From contig OZ024747.1 of the NCBI GenBank assembly GCA_964016885.1, positions 91,760,001 through 91,824,000 of the forward strand: DNA of 64,000 nt, given 5' to 3'. Shown here piece after piece: positions 26,354-41,411 of this stretch. The notes under the pieces were generated by a model. That model saw only the letters and a program-made list of their open reading frames with translations, was not told the DNA's origin and did no database searches. The translations under genes and the position numbers were made by a program. This DNA comes from Eledone cirrhosa. Its lineage: Eukaryota. Numbering within the stretch: the first letter of the stretch is position 1; each line of letters starts with the position of its first letter.

Positions 26354-27169
26354 TTGTGTGTGACAGACAACATGATGGGCTTCGAAGCAGTTTCCCAATA
26401 TCCAATTTCACAAGGTATGGACCCAGCCCAAGCTATGGTTACTGGCGCTTCCCGAAGATAGTAGGAAATTGGATCGAAACCGCAACTTTAACTGTAAAGC
26501 AAAACTGTTAGTCTTCCGACCATGATACGTTTACCGCTTCTAAAACACATTGGAATACTCTGTGATAATTCGTGAATTCATATCATCATTTGCGATTCAA
26601 TGACGCAAATAATAATAACGCTGATTATTCACTTCGGTTCAAGGCTACAAATTAAAGGGTGTGGTTGATTAAACAGATATAAGGAAGGTCTAGCGCACAT
26701 TTTACTGAAACAAAACAAAACAAAAAATACAAATAAAACAAGAAGCAGAATCTTCTCCGACAACACTTGGAAGTATATAAAAGGACGTAGATAAATAGTT
26801 AATTGCGACATAGCTGACTTTACTGTTTTTATGGGACTACCTCCTCCTCCACCTCCTTCTTCTTCTTTACTTTTTCTTCTTCTTTACTTTTTCTTCTTCT
26901 TTCCTTTTTTTTCTTTTTCTTTTACTTTTTCGTTTTCTTTTCTTTTTTCTTTTTTTTTTCTTTTCCTTTTCCTTTTTCTTCTTCTTTACTTTTTCTTCTT
27001 GATACAGAAGCAATGCAACCACTAGAAGAACTACAGTCGCTTAATTCAACACCAGTATATAACTAGTAATTATTTTATCGACGATCTACCTTGTCTGATA
27101 ACCAACGCCCTCATATGTAACCTCTCCTCCCCCACCACTACAAACAACATCACAACGTTGATGATGATA

Positions 27170-27378
27170 ATAATAATAATTGTTTCTACTTTAGGCACAA
27201 GGCCAGCAATTTTGGGGGTGGGTTCAAATTAACCACAATACATCACTGGTCCTCTATTTTATCGACCCCGAAAGGTCAAGCTAGCCTCGGTGGGATTTGA
27301 ACTCAAAACGTAAAGAGACGTAACTCTATGCTACAAAGAATGGCGTCCAACACTCTACCGATATTGCCAATCCACAGC
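27170..27378 (-). mobile_element. SINE-A
   Basis: Head, core and tail motifs, with an (ATT)n tail. Confidence 0.85.
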
Positions 27379-27494
27379 ACTCGCAAGAACGATAATAATG
27401 ATAATTCTTTCTATACTTGCCACTTGGCCCAGAACATAAATGGTGATTTACATATATGTGTGTAAACAGAAGAAATAAACAATAATATAAATTA

Positions 27495-27667
27495 TGAGGT
27501 GGATGAGAGATGTCTTCTCTTTTGAAAATGGTTATAGCTTTCATTGTGTAAAATCTCCCCAATTTTGCTGCATTTCTCCCCGTTTTGGGGCACTTTTTTT
27601 CATGGTCCTCCACGAAGAGATTGGGGCACATTTTTTCATGGTCCTCCACGAAAAGGTTGGCAGGTTT
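27495..27667. mobile_element. Partial MITE copy with an internal ~35-bp duplication
   Basis: Shared TATAGCTTTCATT.TGTAAAATCTCCCC and right TIR GGTTGGCAGG. Confidence 0.7.
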
Positions 27668-28455
27668 AATTTAAAGTGACTCAGCTAAGCAATGCCAAAA
27701 CCCTAATAACGTAACTCGAGCAGTAGATGCCTTGTACAGTCCGTCAACATATCATATTATACACAAACATCTCTCAATACATACGTTTGTATAATCCACA
27801 CTCAGTGATATTACACATCCCACACACCTACAACAACTCTCAAATCTCATATAATTTATTTGATGTCACCCATATAACACATGCACTATATAATCATAAC
27901 ACAATTTACAAGAGACACAAACATCACTCAATAGAATAGTACAAGGCAAATAACATATATAATACAACAATCGCTGAAACATTAGATCAACATGAAAAGA
28001 ATGACAAAAAAAAAAAAACATTCTACATACGCAAAAGACAATGGTGCAGAAAACTCGGGAACATAAAAATGTACCTGGTGACACAGTAGAAGCCCGCGTG
28101 GAACTATTGAAAATGACATTGATAACAGAACAGACGAACAAATCTATGATGTAGTTTCTTAAGGCGCAAAACAACGAAAATGGCGTAAATATCTTTTTTT
28201 TAATATAAATTATTATAGTAAATGGCTTAATGAGAAGGAAAGATGTATAAAAGAAGAAAACAACACATTCAACGTCTAATACCTTGGGAAGTTCAATAGA
28301 GAATAATAACGATGCTATGAGAGAACATAGGTTAATTATTATCATTATTTTATTTCTCAGTGTTTTTCGATAGATTACGAACTAGTAATATAGAGTCTAC
28401 TGCTTATATATCCCCATATGTATTTTACAATTAATGAAATCATTATTATTATAAA

Positions 28456-28652
28456 CGGCGGTAGATTGGCAGTATCGGTAGAGGGTCGGACGCCATGATT
28501 TGACGTATAGAGTTACGGTCCTTGCCATTCTTAGTTCAAATCCCGCCGAGGTTAACTTTGCCTTTCACCCTTACGGGGTCGATAAAATAAATTACCAGTA
28601 ATGCACTGGGTAATTGCTGGCCTTGTGCCAAAAGTAGAAACAATTATTATTG
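28456..28652 (+). mobile_element. SINE-A, full length
   Basis: Complete head, core and tail. Both flanks begin ATTATTATT.TA.AC. Confidence 0.9.
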
Positions 28653-30104
28653 TATACACCATTTACATAAATGTTTTAATTTGTCAAAATCAATCTGTAA
28701 ATGTATGGAATTTCAAATTGATGAACACTCATTGAAAGTAGTAAAATGGAATGATAGCTGAACGAAACCAAATAAAGATCTTTAATAACACTGAACACAA
28801 CAAAAATATAAGAGTGAACAAGCGTATACTGGTCATGTTTCTACCATTAAACTTAACTTAGAATGAAACCATTGAATGGAGCAGAGGACGATTAGAATAA
28901 TTTACGAAAGATAATTTATAACAGTAATTTTCCACTGAAAATATATAAGGAACACAAACCTAAAGAAACATTTCGCTCATGAATTTTCCTATAAGGAACA
29001 TAAACCCGAAGAAAAGATTCGCTCGTAAATTTTCCTGTAAGAATTATAAATGTCGCTGACGCTGACAAACTTAAACAAACTAATGTGTGCAGCAGCGTCT
29101 GTTTTCATAGAATCAAAGCAAGCCTATAAAGAAAGGAAAACTAATACAATATAAGAAGAAAGAAATACAGTATAATACAAACATAGTATGAAATATAAGC
29201 GATCGGTCAACAGGCGTTAACTGGAGCCTAAATGTTCATTGGGAACTGTCAATAATCAAGCAGATCAAAGTGTAGAATCAATAGTAGAAGCCGAAACCAT
29301 TAAACAAAAAATAGATGAGCCAGCAACCCAGAAGTTAAGAGAAGAAACTAAGTCTATTTCAACAGAGTATTATTTTTTCATCAATTTTCCAAACAGAAAT
29401 GTTCAGCAGAAATGCAATGATAAATTGTCCCCAAGAGAAACTTCTACACTGAGTTATGGGAGAAGGAGCTCTATCTCAGCAATAAATCAAAATGCTTACA
29501 TACTATAAAAGAAAAAGTCAAACCAAGTGTCCAGCAAAACATAGAAGATAATCTTTGAAAACAACCATGCTAAGAGCTTTTGTTGATCTTGCAACGTGTT
29601 ATATAGGGATTGAATTGCGAAAATTTGGTTATGAAAGATTGATGGCAAGACAATCTGTTAAAATCTTCATGAGAATGACGATTTAATAACGCCTGTGTCT
29701 CTTTTCTACAGAAACCCTAAAGGCATAATGGATAATAATTACTATTACTGACATATTTAATTGTAGATATGAATTTAAACAACTTTGTGGCATCAGATAA
29801 ATGTGGAGGATATAATATTATTTTCTTCGTTCACAGAAATCAGTAAGAGGTTGTTTTTGGTTATTTTACAGGTTTTTGACTGTTTAAAAAACCCACAAAC
29901 AATTAAATAATAAGTATCGACGCACAGCTCAGCTCGTCATATATTGTATTGTAAAAGATGAGTTGAATGTATAGAACTGCCGTTAAAGGCTACTATGAAA
30001 ACCTGGATATATATATATACACACACACACATATATTATAGTTCCCTTTTAGTTATATGAACTGCAGTACGAAAGCAGATCTGAGCACTCATATATATAT
30101 ATAT

Positions 30105-30293
30105 AATTATTATTATTTCTACTTTTGGCACAAGGTCACCAATTATCCCAGTGCATTACTAGTACTTTATTTTATCGACCGCGTAAGGATGAAAGGCAGA
30201 GTTAACCACGGCAGGATTTTGAACTTAGACCATAAAGGACCATAACGCTTTGCTGCAAAGCATGGCGTCCGACCCTCCACTGCCAATCCACCT
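30105..30293 (-). mobile_element. SINE-A
   Basis: Head, core and tail motifs. Confidence 0.85.
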
Positions 30294-30410
30294 AGTGAGT
30301 ATAATAGAAGTTGCAGCTGATAGATAGATAAATAGATGACTATGTGCTTGGGAAATAAAGAAAGGGACATATGTAAAGCAAATAACTTTAAACATACATG
30401 CATCTATTTA

Positions 30411-30483
<73 letters not shown>

Positions 30484-31017
30484 TTCGTATTGTTTGCGTG
30501 CCACAAATGATGTTTTTTTTATAAATGTGTATATACTACGAAACACGCCCCCACACAGACATTAACAAAAGGAAAACCGACCGGTTGGCTATATTTCCCC
30601 TAATTGACCTATAAAGCAGAATGTGACTAAATTTAATTAACAGAATATGGATATGATATTGAATTACCTGCTCCAGTATAGCCATGATTAAGATACCAAC
30701 TTATAAGCAGAAACATAAAACACGCCATGAATCAATGGCGTACAATTCTGTAGATAGACATAAGAAGGAATTAAAACAATATATATTTATCCCTATATTC
30801 CCACGATACACTACGTTTCTCTCTATTGATAATACATTTAACCAGCATGTTAAACTATAATACAGTCAAACACGACTTTTCTGCAAGAAAAATCAACTAG
30901 CTTTCGACGTTCATACATGGTTAGTGAGGTAGATGTGACATGATCAAATTTCGAAATATTCACAGCGAGACTTATGAAAGGTTATACATAAAATCATTGT
31001 ATATGTTTACATATTCA

Positions 31018-31188
31018 CAGACCTGTCAACTCCGACGAGATCTCCCACCCACTTGAGATGTTTTCTCTTGTGAAAATAGGTAGAGCTTTCATTATGTAAA
31101 ATCTCCTTATTGTGCATCATTTCTCCCAGTTTTGGCGAACCTTTTTCATGGTACTCCCCGTTTGGGATTTTATAGGTTGGCAGATCCG
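31018..31188. mobile_element. MITE with 6-bp TSD
   Basis: TIRs CAGACCTGTCAAC / GTTGGCAGATCCG. TSD TATTCA at 31012-31017 and 31189-31194. Confidence 0.85.
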
Positions 31189-33446
31189 TATTCACCCCTG
31201 TGATTTGTTTATTGACGGCCTCAATTTGTTAGTTGTAGATAATAAACAGCTACGAATATTATTGCAATTGGCACACGGATTTAATTGAAGACTTTATTTG
31301 AGCTTCGTAGTAAGATAGTATGCAAAGGCTTTCTCGAAGATTAGGAAACTGAGTTTATGCCATTCAAAGTGATAGAGATAAGAGAATCCAAATAAAAAGA
31401 TACCAATAAGCCAGACAAAATATAACACACAAATGAAATAATAATTTAGGAAAGAATATTATTGGAGTATTGGATTGATACTTAATTGCAGTGAAAGCAA
31501 GCAATAAAAATATGACTAGCGAAAAAGAAAACGAATATTAAAAATTTAGTTTATAGTCCACAGAGACATTGAATTTGGCAAAAATACAAGTGAAAACTAC
31601 AGAAAAAAATGTATGATGGTTTTACTTCGAACAAAAAGGGGCTATCAGCAATGACAACAAAATCAATAGTTAATAACTATAAGTGAATTCAAGTAACAAA
31701 AACAACGATAAGAACAATTAAAGATTATTTATAGGGGAATATGTCCGTACAAATTTAACTAGATGAAACCAAGCAAATCCCCGATTATTTTGACACAAGA
31801 AAATCAATGTCCACCCCTATTCTTTACCACCAGATTTCTGGCATCTGGTTTATGTAGGCCCATTTAGCCACATGAACATTGCCAATCTCAATAATGTTTT
31901 CTTAAGAACAAGAAGTTGCTGCAGAAGTTGCCAGCGTGTGGGTCCTTATTTGCTCACAATATTGAGATATGGGGAGTGCGGGAGAAACGGAGGCAATGAC
32001 AGTGGGAGTTTAGTTCCATTGTGTTCGTACCTGGTATATATGTATATATTTATTTACCACACCACAAAACTGTATATAAGGTATATTTGCTACCATTAAG
32101 AAAATATTTCTGCAGAAGTTGCTTCTTTTGCAAGTTAGTATAATCAAATCAACCGATCTCAGTAGTTGACTAATAGTAATGAATGTGTGGTCCCGTAACT
32201 CCTGATAGTCGTAGAGACGGCGTATTGACATACGGCGTTTCTTGGGCTCTTTAAGCTAAGCAGGGTAGATTTCTTCCAGAGAGAGGACGAATCGACCCCA
32301 GTACTAGACTGGTTCTATTTCTTTCGACTTGGAAAGGATAAAAGCCAAAGTTGACCTCGGCGGGATTTGAACTCAGAGAGCAGAGAGCGCGAAGGAATAT
32401 CACAAGGCATTCTATTCGACGTTCTAACGATTCTGCAAATTCACCGGATAGTAAGGTATGAAGAGGAAAATTAACCTCAGCAAGATTTAATATCTGATCA
32501 CAAGATGTCACGATTAAGGTGCGCAAATCATTATGTCCACCACACTACTGATTCTAATGTAGGTAAAAAGACAACGAATGAGATAAGATTTAAGTACATC
32601 AATACTCATCCATTTTCTATTCAGAAGTCTTTTAAAAATCCCCACTATCAGACTACCTTTATTTAGTCAAATACGACATAAAGACATACATGTTTCTATC
32701 TTATTTTCAAACTTCGCTCACTGTTTTATTAACAAAGATTGCTTTGTCTCTCTGTCTCTATAACTTTAAGTTTGTCATTATTATGCTGTGTTGAAAATCT
32801 ATAGAAAAATGATAGAAATCATATCATAAAGTCTTACAACATATAAAAGAACTTTAAATTTTAATGATGATTAATGGTAACAAAACCGAGAGTTCTGAAG
32901 TTACTAAAATGGTTGTTAAGTATTTCACTTTATGAATAATGTTGTAGAAAAAGAAACATGTATTAGTATAAAAAAAAAATTGTCGAATTTCTACTTTCTC
33001 AAGTAAAGAAAAACATTCTGAAATTCCGAAACTTTTCACCCTTTGAATTTTAAATTAAGTCTGTTTGTAATAAAAACATTTTTGTTATATTCCCCGTAGA
33101 TTTGGAATTAGTCCGAGTATAGTTAACGTACATGTTTATGAATGTTATATCCATCTTTAGATAGCAAAAGAAATTTATCTCACCTTCTTGCAAGCATGAT
33201 TTGTTGGTTTGTGTGTATTCGTGTATTTTCTGATGTCTCCCTTTACGAGAATTGACTGCTCGTTTGACATATTGTACTCCATCAAATTAATCATATGTAT
33301 TGAAAACGAAAAAAAATATTTTTTGCATATTACAGACACCCAAACGTTCATCTACACATACATTTGTGGGGATATTGGCTAGACCGACTAAAATGTCTAA
33401 GTATTAGAGACAGTTAACTTTATATATATATGTGTGTGTGTGTGTG

Positions 33447-33482
<36 letters not shown>

Positions 33483-33919
33483 GTAATTCGCTTTAACGTA
33501 ACGGCTTATGACTGTGTGTGTATCTGTGGGTGTAAGAAGTTCAAAGGTGCAACCGAAGACAGAAAACAGAACATACAAATCCTAAAACAAAATCAAACCT
33601 AGCGCTCTCCTATCAACTATGCTGGCTGAGTACAAGTCGTAGGTGAATGAATTAGATTGTTTACATAACAAGTAAATGTGTCGTTTTATTAACTACCATC
33701 AAGAGTTAGAGTTCTTCCATAGGAATCGCAGAAAATTTAGCACCTGCCCACCTAGCTGTTGGCTACCACATATAACCTCCATCATAGTGAAATTCCCTAT
33801 TCAAGACTAATGCAAAAAACAGCAGAGTATAAAAAGTAACTAGGTACGGCATAAATGTGTAAAATATTTAAATGTCCATCACACACACACACACACACAT
33901 AAACACCCATGCACCCCGC

Positions 33920-33949
<30 letters not shown>

Positions 33950-33955
<6 letters not shown>

Positions 33956-34635
33956 CGTAAAATAAGAAAATTATAGTAATTAACTTACTGACCTAAATTT
34001 CACTCGTACTAATTAGTTTCTGAAAGGGGATATACATAGTCACCAAATGGAAACCATGTAGAATCCTTTCTTCATCAGGGAATCATTCTCGGCTAAGATT
34101 CCTGGTAATACGCGGACACAGAAATAATCCACTGGATGGAAAAATGCAAGCGCGGACTAAATTCCAAGACACTGAAAATTTCACTGCCTTCCTGGTCAGT
34201 GGCAAATTCAAAAGAATCAATCACGTGACATCGAGGTTAATCAGTGAGTAGTGGGTTTTAAAAAGACAGTAGCCAAACTAATACTATGAACCATAATAGT
34301 AATTTAGGCAAATTTTTGCTCAACAAAATAATTTGGAGATAATTATAAAGAATTAGTATATCTACCAACATATTTATACAGATGTATACTTACGCTAGCA
34401 AAGATATAGGTTTTGTCTTAGTAATTTTGTGGTTCAATACAAAGAAATGTAGAACAATTATATAAAAGACATAAAATAAGAAAATTATAGTAATTAACTT
34501 ACTTACTTAAATTTCACTCCAACTAATTAGTTTCTGAAAGGGAATATACATAGTCTTCAAATGGAGACCATGGAGAATCCTTTCTTCATCAGGGAGTCAT
34601 TCTCGGCTAAGATTCCTGGCAATACGCGGACACAG
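33950..34635. repeat. ~170-bp direct repeat pair
   Basis: 33950-34120 and 34465-34635 are highly similar, both ending AATACGCGGACACAG. Confidence 0.9.
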
Positions 34636-34911
34636 GGAACTTATATATTTCAATCCTTAGTCCCTGAGTCTGTATGTACGTTAACTCTATTATCTTACAA
34701 TTTCTTTTTTCAACATATATTATACACGTATTTGTGGTCACACATTCACTGATATGCTTGCCCTCATGTATGTACTTACGCACACATTTTTTCACTATAC
34801 ACATCATTTGTACATACACACATATGTACATTTGTAGGTGCATATACACACATTTATACACATACCCTTACTATATTTCCTTATTTTATTTTTATATATC
34901 TCTTGCATTAC

Positions 34912-34943
<32 letters not shown>

Positions 34944-35075
34944 TTTGCCCGTTAAACTTTTGCCCTTCTTGAGGAGATTTTTCAAATATTTCACTATGTT
35001 TTAAATTGCCTTTTCTGACGAACGAATGAGGACGTTTCTTGTATTCGTCTTATTCGGGAACCTCTGGTAATGAGG

Positions 35076-35142
<67 letters not shown>

Positions 35143-35233
35143 CAGATTAAAGTTTAAGCAAAGAATCACTGCTTATCGAGCCCTCTTTGGATTTTAGTCT
35201 TCACATTTATTATTATTATTAATATATATATAA

Positions 35234-35392
35234 GGGCGGTGGATTGGCAGTATCGGTAGAGGGTCGGACACCATGCTTTGCAGCGCAGTTACGTCCCTTT
35301 ACTGATTGAGTTCAAATCCCGCCGAGGTTAACTTTGCCTTTCATCCTTACGGATAATTGCTGGCCTTGTGCCAAAAGTAGAAACAATTATTA
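35234..35392 (+). mobile_element. SINE-A with internal deletion
   Basis: Head and tail present. The central GGGTCGATAAAATAAAGTACCAG segment is missing. Confidence 0.85.
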
Positions 35393-35438
35393 ATATATAT
35401 ATATATATAATATATATATATATGTGTGTGTATATACA

Positions 35439-35474
<36 letters not shown>

Positions 35475-36106
35475 ATATACAATATATATATATACAAAAT
35501 ATATATATATATATATGTATGTATATATATTTGTATATATATATATATTTGTATATATATTAAAATTATTCATTCATAGAAATTTACTAAAATGTTATTT
35601 TCATGAGCATATAGGATTAAAATCAGCAAAATGTTCAATATAGATGTGCTGTGTCATTTTGAGTTTACAATTAAAAGAAAAAGTAGATGGTTCGACAGAA
35701 TATTGAAAAACCCATATTAAGAAGATTAACATGAGATTAGAGCTTCATTTTACTATCGAGTCAGTGTTTAGACATAACATAGAATGAAAATTCAAACGAA
35801 GCAAATGTAAAACAAATATATACATATGAGTTCGCAGTAAGCTTAGAATTTAAGAATTATGAAGAACTAGTAAATTCTTTTGTATCTAAAGTGACATGTA
35901 CTAGATGAATTACAATGGAGATATCAAGGTTTAAACATTCAAAAACATTAATTTATATATGCGAAATTTAGACAAAGTTTCATGAAATCATAGTTTGCGA
36001 TACCTTGTTATTCATATGTTGCACAGATCAATCTGTATGTAAGTGTGTATGTGTCTGTATGTATTCGTGTGCTCTATCTATATGTATTTATGAAACACAG
36101 ATGGAA

Positions 36107-36139
<33 letters not shown>

Positions 36140-36368
36140 ATGTCAATGTCAACGCATGGATGAATTATTTCAAATAAAAACAACCAACTAAATAAGGTAA
36201 CGGCTTCAGGCGTACGTTGTGTACAGATTTTGGAAAATATAAAGTTTTAGTGACGCTGAATGTGAGTGAAGACACACACGCACACACGTGAACACGCACA
36301 CACGTGCACTCACACACGCGTGCACACACACACACACGCGCGTGCACACACACACACACACACGCGTG

Positions 36369-36418
<50 letters not shown>

Positions 36419-36604
36419 TACATATATGTGTTTTTGTGTGTGTGTTTCTCTGTGTAAACATTTATGAAATCGGAGAGTGAAATATCAGTTTATTTTCATT
36501 ACATGTGCTGCCCTCTTGACTCCAATGGAAACCATTGATTACATAATTCTTATGTGGCGATATGGCTTCATTTCGAAAGTACGGGTTCTGCAGACGAACA
36601 TAGA

Positions 36605-36790
36605 CGAATTGGCAGTATCGGTAGAGAGTCGGACGCGATGCTTTGACGCATAGAGTTACGGCCCTTACCATTCTGAGTTCAAATCCCGCCGAGGTTAACT
36701 TTGCCTTTCATCCTTACGGGGTCGATGAAATAAAGTACAAGTAATGTACTGGTTAAATTGCTGGCCTTGTGCCTAAAGTAGAAACAATAT
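36605..36790 (+). mobile_element. SINE-A
   Basis: Head, core and tail motifs. Confidence 0.9.
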
Positions 36791-37038
36791 ATATAAATAT
36801 ATGTATATAAAACAATGTTGACTCTGATCGAGATGAAGCGAGAGTGTATTTGAATACAGAAGCCAGTAGTCAGAGAGATAATCCACAAGGTGGGTGATGA
36901 CAATCTGCCTGTCACGCACACTGTCATTGACACAGTTGTATTTCGTCAGTGACCAGGTACCAAATAATGCGATAATATTATTTGGACGTTCAGAAATCAA
37001 TTTTTTAAGTATAAGTATATCAATTTGTAGAATAATAC

Positions 37039-37075
<37 letters not shown>

Positions 37076-39810
37076 TCATTTAATATCTTCTGTCAGAATC
37101 ATTCATACATTCCTCTATATTTAAGTTCAGTCTCATTTTGGACCCTCAGACTGTATAGTGTGCTAGACAGGTGTAAATGCATGAACATTATATTTATCGA
37201 ACTGTTTAAAAGTCGTTTAGTTTTCATAGTTAAAATTTCAATGGGAAATTCTATTTTTCTCTCATATTAGAAAATTATTCTGTATTCGAATGTGTTCTAT
37301 TTTTCAAATTATTTTACAATATATTTTTGTGAAATCTTTATATGAAACATCGCTTCGATAACATGTTGGTCGATGAAATAAACAGATAAATTGATGAAAA
37401 CTCCCAAATACGAATCAATGTATTACATAGTGAAGAAAAGAATATCATATTTGAAGAAAAGTTTAAGATTTCGACATTTTGGACGATTTTCATTTATCAA
37501 AATAGATTGTTAATGTTTATGAAATAAAAAAAATTAACCATTTGGAGAAAAATGTTTGTGCATGTTATCTAAAACATATCAATGATAACAATGACAGGAC
37601 GGAGTTGGGAAAAATTATGTGATTTGTGACACTGATAATGTGTTTTATACACTGATAATAATGTGAGAACGTTTCATAAGCGTGTAAGTTTGGGTAAGCA
37701 ATAGGCAGTTGTCATTCGAGGAGACACTGATGTAATAGTATATATGAGTGTACAGGTGTGATAGTTTTAATATCGTGCTGGCCTAAGCGAGAATATATAC
37801 ATGTGGAGGTAGGTTACAGTATTATTGTTTTGGGTGAAAGTGAGGCATAGTTTACACGGAATAGTTAGAATGCGCATATAAATATCTTTATCAGTATGGT
37901 AGCAGAAGAAAGCAAAACCATTTTAGCACCGCTAGAATTGAATATAGTTAATTTGGATATAAGGTTTCCATAAGTGATCCATTTGTTCGATCAACAGGAC
38001 AACCGGCTCGTTACGTTAACGTATAAATAGATAAGCGTTCTGTAGACAGTTGTACTATTAGCTTCATTTATTCTCAGTGAAATTCAGTGACACAGTGTCA
38101 TTCAAGACTGGCCAATCGAATTATAGCTGCAATTTTTCTGAAGTGCTTTCAAATAGCTTCCGACGACACAGTTGCCATCACAAGGCTTTGTTCGGCTCAT
38201 GACATTAGAAATTGCTTTTAACCAAAAGTTCATGTTATGGGCTTTAGCACGAGACCTTGTGACTGCAACGGAAACCTCTTAGCCATTTCATCATGCTGTG
38301 TCCATGAAATGTATATAACTCTGCATGCACTTATCACAACGATGTTCTGAAGAGGTACGGAGAATATATAACTGTAGGTTTAGTGACAGCAATATAGAGT
38401 ACTGAAGTAGAAACTCACCTGGTGTATTTATTTCAGATCTTTCATATTGTGAGTTCAAATTGTGCAGAGATTGAATTTACTTTTCATTCCAGTGCAGTTG
38501 ATGAAATTAATATTACTAGGCATGTACATTATCAATCAAATCAGCTATACCACTTCCAACAAAATCAATAGAACATAGCTATAACAGTACACTGTCTATA
38601 CTCGGGTTTTATTTGTGGTTGATAAAACAAAAACGGAATTAGAACAGTAAACACCTTCTTAAATAGACAAAGAATACATGTGGTGTTAAAAATCTTATTT
38701 CATTATCATTAGGCTAAATATTAATTATTTTCTCAGAAGATCTTATTTGTCAGCAATCCATCTGGGGATTTCTTTATTGTTTACTTCATCTTATTTTTGG
38801 TTGTTATAGTATACATAGCTAGTGTAATCATATTTCAAGATGTTGATGTTTATATTGATATAGTTTTGTTTTATGTAAGACTGTTAAGGCAGAATAGTCA
38901 CCAGTCTAGGTTTAAAATATAACGTAGATGTTTTAGTTTAAATGCAAATGTTGTTAAAAGAAGAGGAGGCTAATGTTTCTGGTATATCCTCTAATAAAAT
39001 TATTTACACTTTATCTCATGTCGCAACAATACATTTCATCAGATTTTGTTTTTCATTCTGATGGCTTATATCAACATCAGTACACTATTTTATCTGTTAG
39101 TGATATCAACTTAATAAAAACTTTCAAAGTCAGAATCTTCACACACTTGATTTACTAGGAAATACTGTATGCACATGCAGAAGACGAACAAATGATAAGA
39201 AGGATTACTAAAATATATTACAGCTTTGTATTAAGAGCAAAGCTTGAACACACCATATCAGCAAAAGCATGTTGGATGAAAGGTTTCCAAAAAGATTGGG
39301 TACTCGTTCCATGAACCAAAGTATTGTAATAAATACAAAAGCATTTTACTGAGATATTAAGTGAAAAATATAACACTAGATATCACACCAAAAGTAAGTT
39401 CAGAAAAACTGTGGTGGGATTGAATACAGAAAACAAAACATTCAACGCAATTAAGAATCCTAATGAATCGGATGATAAAGGGATGAAAAATAAATGCAAT
39501 GTAATCATGACGCCCCCCACCCCATATTTTATTAACGTGTAACATTTTTAATGTTTTGTTCCTTGTTTTTTGCTCACAATTTGACGCTGGATATACAAAT
39601 AGATTCATAAGTTATAACAGTTTTAAACAACAAAATACTAAAGAAATGGTAAAGAACTAGAAGCTAACTAGAAACAGGAGAAGGATTTAGTTAAGAAGAA
39701 AATATCACTAAAACTTTAAAATATATCAGTAGACAAAGAGGCGACCGTATATAGAAGGTGGTGTGTTGGTATAAACATACGAGTGGTGAATTATATTTAG
39801 AGAACGATTA

Positions 39811-40026
39811 GGGCGGTGGATTGGAAGTATCGGTAGAGGGTCGGACGCCATGCTTTACAGCATAGAGTTACGGCCCTTTATGATCTGAGTTCAAATCCTG
39901 CCGAGGTTAACTTTGCCTTTCATCCTTACGAGGTCGATAAAATAAAGTACCAGTCACGCACTGAGGTAGATTTAATCGACTTTCCCCTCCCCAAAAATTG
40001 CTGGCCGTGTTCCTATATAAGAAACG
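39811..40026 (+). mobile_element. SINE-A long-tail variant with 17-bp TSD
   Basis: TSD ATATTTAGAGAACGATT at 39793-39809 and 40027-40043. Confidence 0.9.
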
Positions 40027-41411
40027 ATATTTAGAGAACGATTGATAGGCAGGAACGGAACAGCCATGTGCTAGATTGCATTTAGTTACGTCATCTAACG
40101 TTTAGAGTTTAAATCTTATTGCTGTTCATTGTATCTCCCTACTTCCACTCGATAAACCAGATGAAACAGTAATTGACTGATGTTGATGCAATTAACTGTG
40201 CTTTTGCCCTACATGTTTGTAATATTTTGCCAATGTAAGATATCATTATGATTTATATTTCCTGTTAGGGATTTTATAAAATTGAAGCAAGGCACTTATT
40301 TTCTAATCATAAACATATCGATACAATGATGTTGGAATTATTACTTCCAATAAACTTCCAAAGTTTGATCTCGGTGTTTGTAATTGTAAACCTTCGACCG
40401 TGATATTGAAAATAATATTAGATACTAACCAATCAAGTTATTTCACTGATATAATCATAGTAAAGTCATGCTATCTAAAAGATAGAGACAGAACGTGAGG
40501 TTAAAATCGAAAACTTCTGACTGACGAAATTGTTCTTCCCTAACATTGTTATACATCGTGGTGTTAAATGCATGCACTCTTACAAACGATCAGTTCAATC
40601 GAAATTAGTTATGTTTATGTCGAGTTCTAACAACGCAAATGGAAGTAAATTCTTAAGGTTGGGAGAAGGAACTTGGGGTCACTATGATTTTAAATAGTTT
40701 TATTACCAGACAATTCGATCATAAAGAAGAGAAGAAATTAGTTTAGCTTTAACGTTGTCATAATGAAAACTGATAGAAACGTGGCTTCGAACTTAAAGGA
40801 GAGTGTGTTTGTGAATTGAATTTGTCTATAAAATATATAAAGAAATAAAGTACTAGAAACTAAAGAAATTGTGAGCAAATAATTTCCAATAAAGGTTGGT
40901 ATTACGTTTCAAATCTGAGGTGTCAAATTTGGAACGAAGCACACATATACCTAGTGCATCAAAACAAATGAATAAAAAAAGAAAATCAATGAACCGCATT
41001 GAATATGCCAGTCGCCAATTTCATAACACAATTCTTACACAGCAAGCAGCAAATGTTTTTACGTGGAAATGTTATTACGACTGATGTCTTAGCAAACATG
41101 TGAACGAAAATTTAGGCCAAAAACAGAATTTGTTTTAGTGCTGAAATTATTTTTTACGACTTTTTAAGCACCATTAGTTTTTAAACTTTTGTATTGTTTG
41201 CTAATTAAATATTTTTTGATATATGAAAAAAAAAGAACCTTAATATAAACTGCTGAATATTAAAAAGAAGAATTATTCATGTTTACATGTATCTGTATGT
41301 TATAAACCATTGTTGCTCCATCCTTCTTTATGTATGTATGTACATTTGTATGTATTTATGTATGTATGTGCGTACGTATGTAAGTACGTATATGTGTATA
41401 TATGTATGTGT

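Noticed and set aside
28456-28560. tRNA-like A/B boxes
   Set aside because: These are SINE heads and no full cloverleaf is evident, so they are not called tRNA genes.
34060-34090. CTGATGA on the minus strand within the direct repeat (also at 18621 on +)
   Set aside because: No downstream GAAA/stem III arrangement, so not a hammerhead.
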